A DNA stretch of 64,000 bases from assembly GCF_035594765.1 (NCBI RefSeq), contig NC_085842.1, positions 48,212,782 to 48,276,781 of the forward strand, given 5' to 3'. A program made the translations under genes and the position numbers. This stretch comes from Anolis carolinensis. Taxonomy: Eukaryota. This document shows, in pieces, positions 63,700 to 64,000 of the stretch. The notes below the pieces were generated by a model. It ran no database searches. It was not told the origin of the DNA and saw only the letters and a list, made by a program, of their open reading frames with translations. Each line of letters begins with the position of its first letter. The first letter of the stretch is position 1.

Positions 63700-64000
63700 A
63701 CATAGTTCCCTTCAAGAAGGAAAAAAGAGGATTTAAACAATTACAGTCCAGTCATCCTGACATCAATACCAGGAAAGATTCTGGAGCAGATCATTAAGGA
63801 GGCAGTCTGCAGTCACTTAGAAAGGAATGCTGTGATTACTAAAAGTCAGCATGGATTTCTCAAAAACAAATCATGCCAGACTAATCTTATCTCTTTTTTC
63901 AATAGTTACAAGCTTGGTAGATGCAGGGAATGCTGTGAATGTAGCATATTTTGATTTCAGTAAGGCCTTCAACAAAGTCCCCATGACCTTCTTGCAAACA
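63700..64000 (+). mobile_element. CR1 RT fragment running off the window
   Basis: LTSIPGKILEQIIKEAVCSHLERNAVITKSQHGFLKNKSCQTNLISFF...DFSKAFNKVPHD. Confidence 0.9.

Noticed and set aside
42700-64000. GXYLT2 exon 2 (HLAVVACG..RLEET motif)
   Set aside because: Not found in the ORF track or by eye; presumably beyond the window.

Overview
Vertebrate genomic DNA, almost certainly squamate and probably Anolis. This is inferred from Sauria SINEs, BovB/RTE, CR1, L2, Penelope, R4/Dong and Tc1/hAT MITEs; no database was searched. The window holds two divergently transcribed genes in the same arrangement as human 3p13. SHQ1 is on the minus strand, with four coding exons at 7645-2990 and a probable non-coding first exon and CpG promoter near 19.7-20.0 kb. 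GXYLT2 is on the plus strand, with exon 1 at 41688-41995 and the rest beyond the window. The main accessory feature is a ~6 kb DIRS1-like tyrosine-recombinase retrotransposon (8192-14157, minus) inside the inferred SHQ1 5'-UTR intron, in sense orientation. Its gag and RT-RNaseH-methyltransferase ORFs are intact, while all four visible lesions fall in the recombinase frame. It carries a splice acceptor just before the gag ATG and a consensus donor at its 3' terminus. Its frame layout suggests recoding: pol has no early AUG, and gag and the recombinase share a frame separated only by a UGA-C. Other notable items are an inverted U6 snRNA/LINE chimeric insertion with a target-site duplication, a Penelope hammerhead-ribozyme motif in the SHQ1 sense strand, and a solo LTR with a 4-bp TSD. 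Repeat boundaries are approximate unless a TSD or TIR is quoted.
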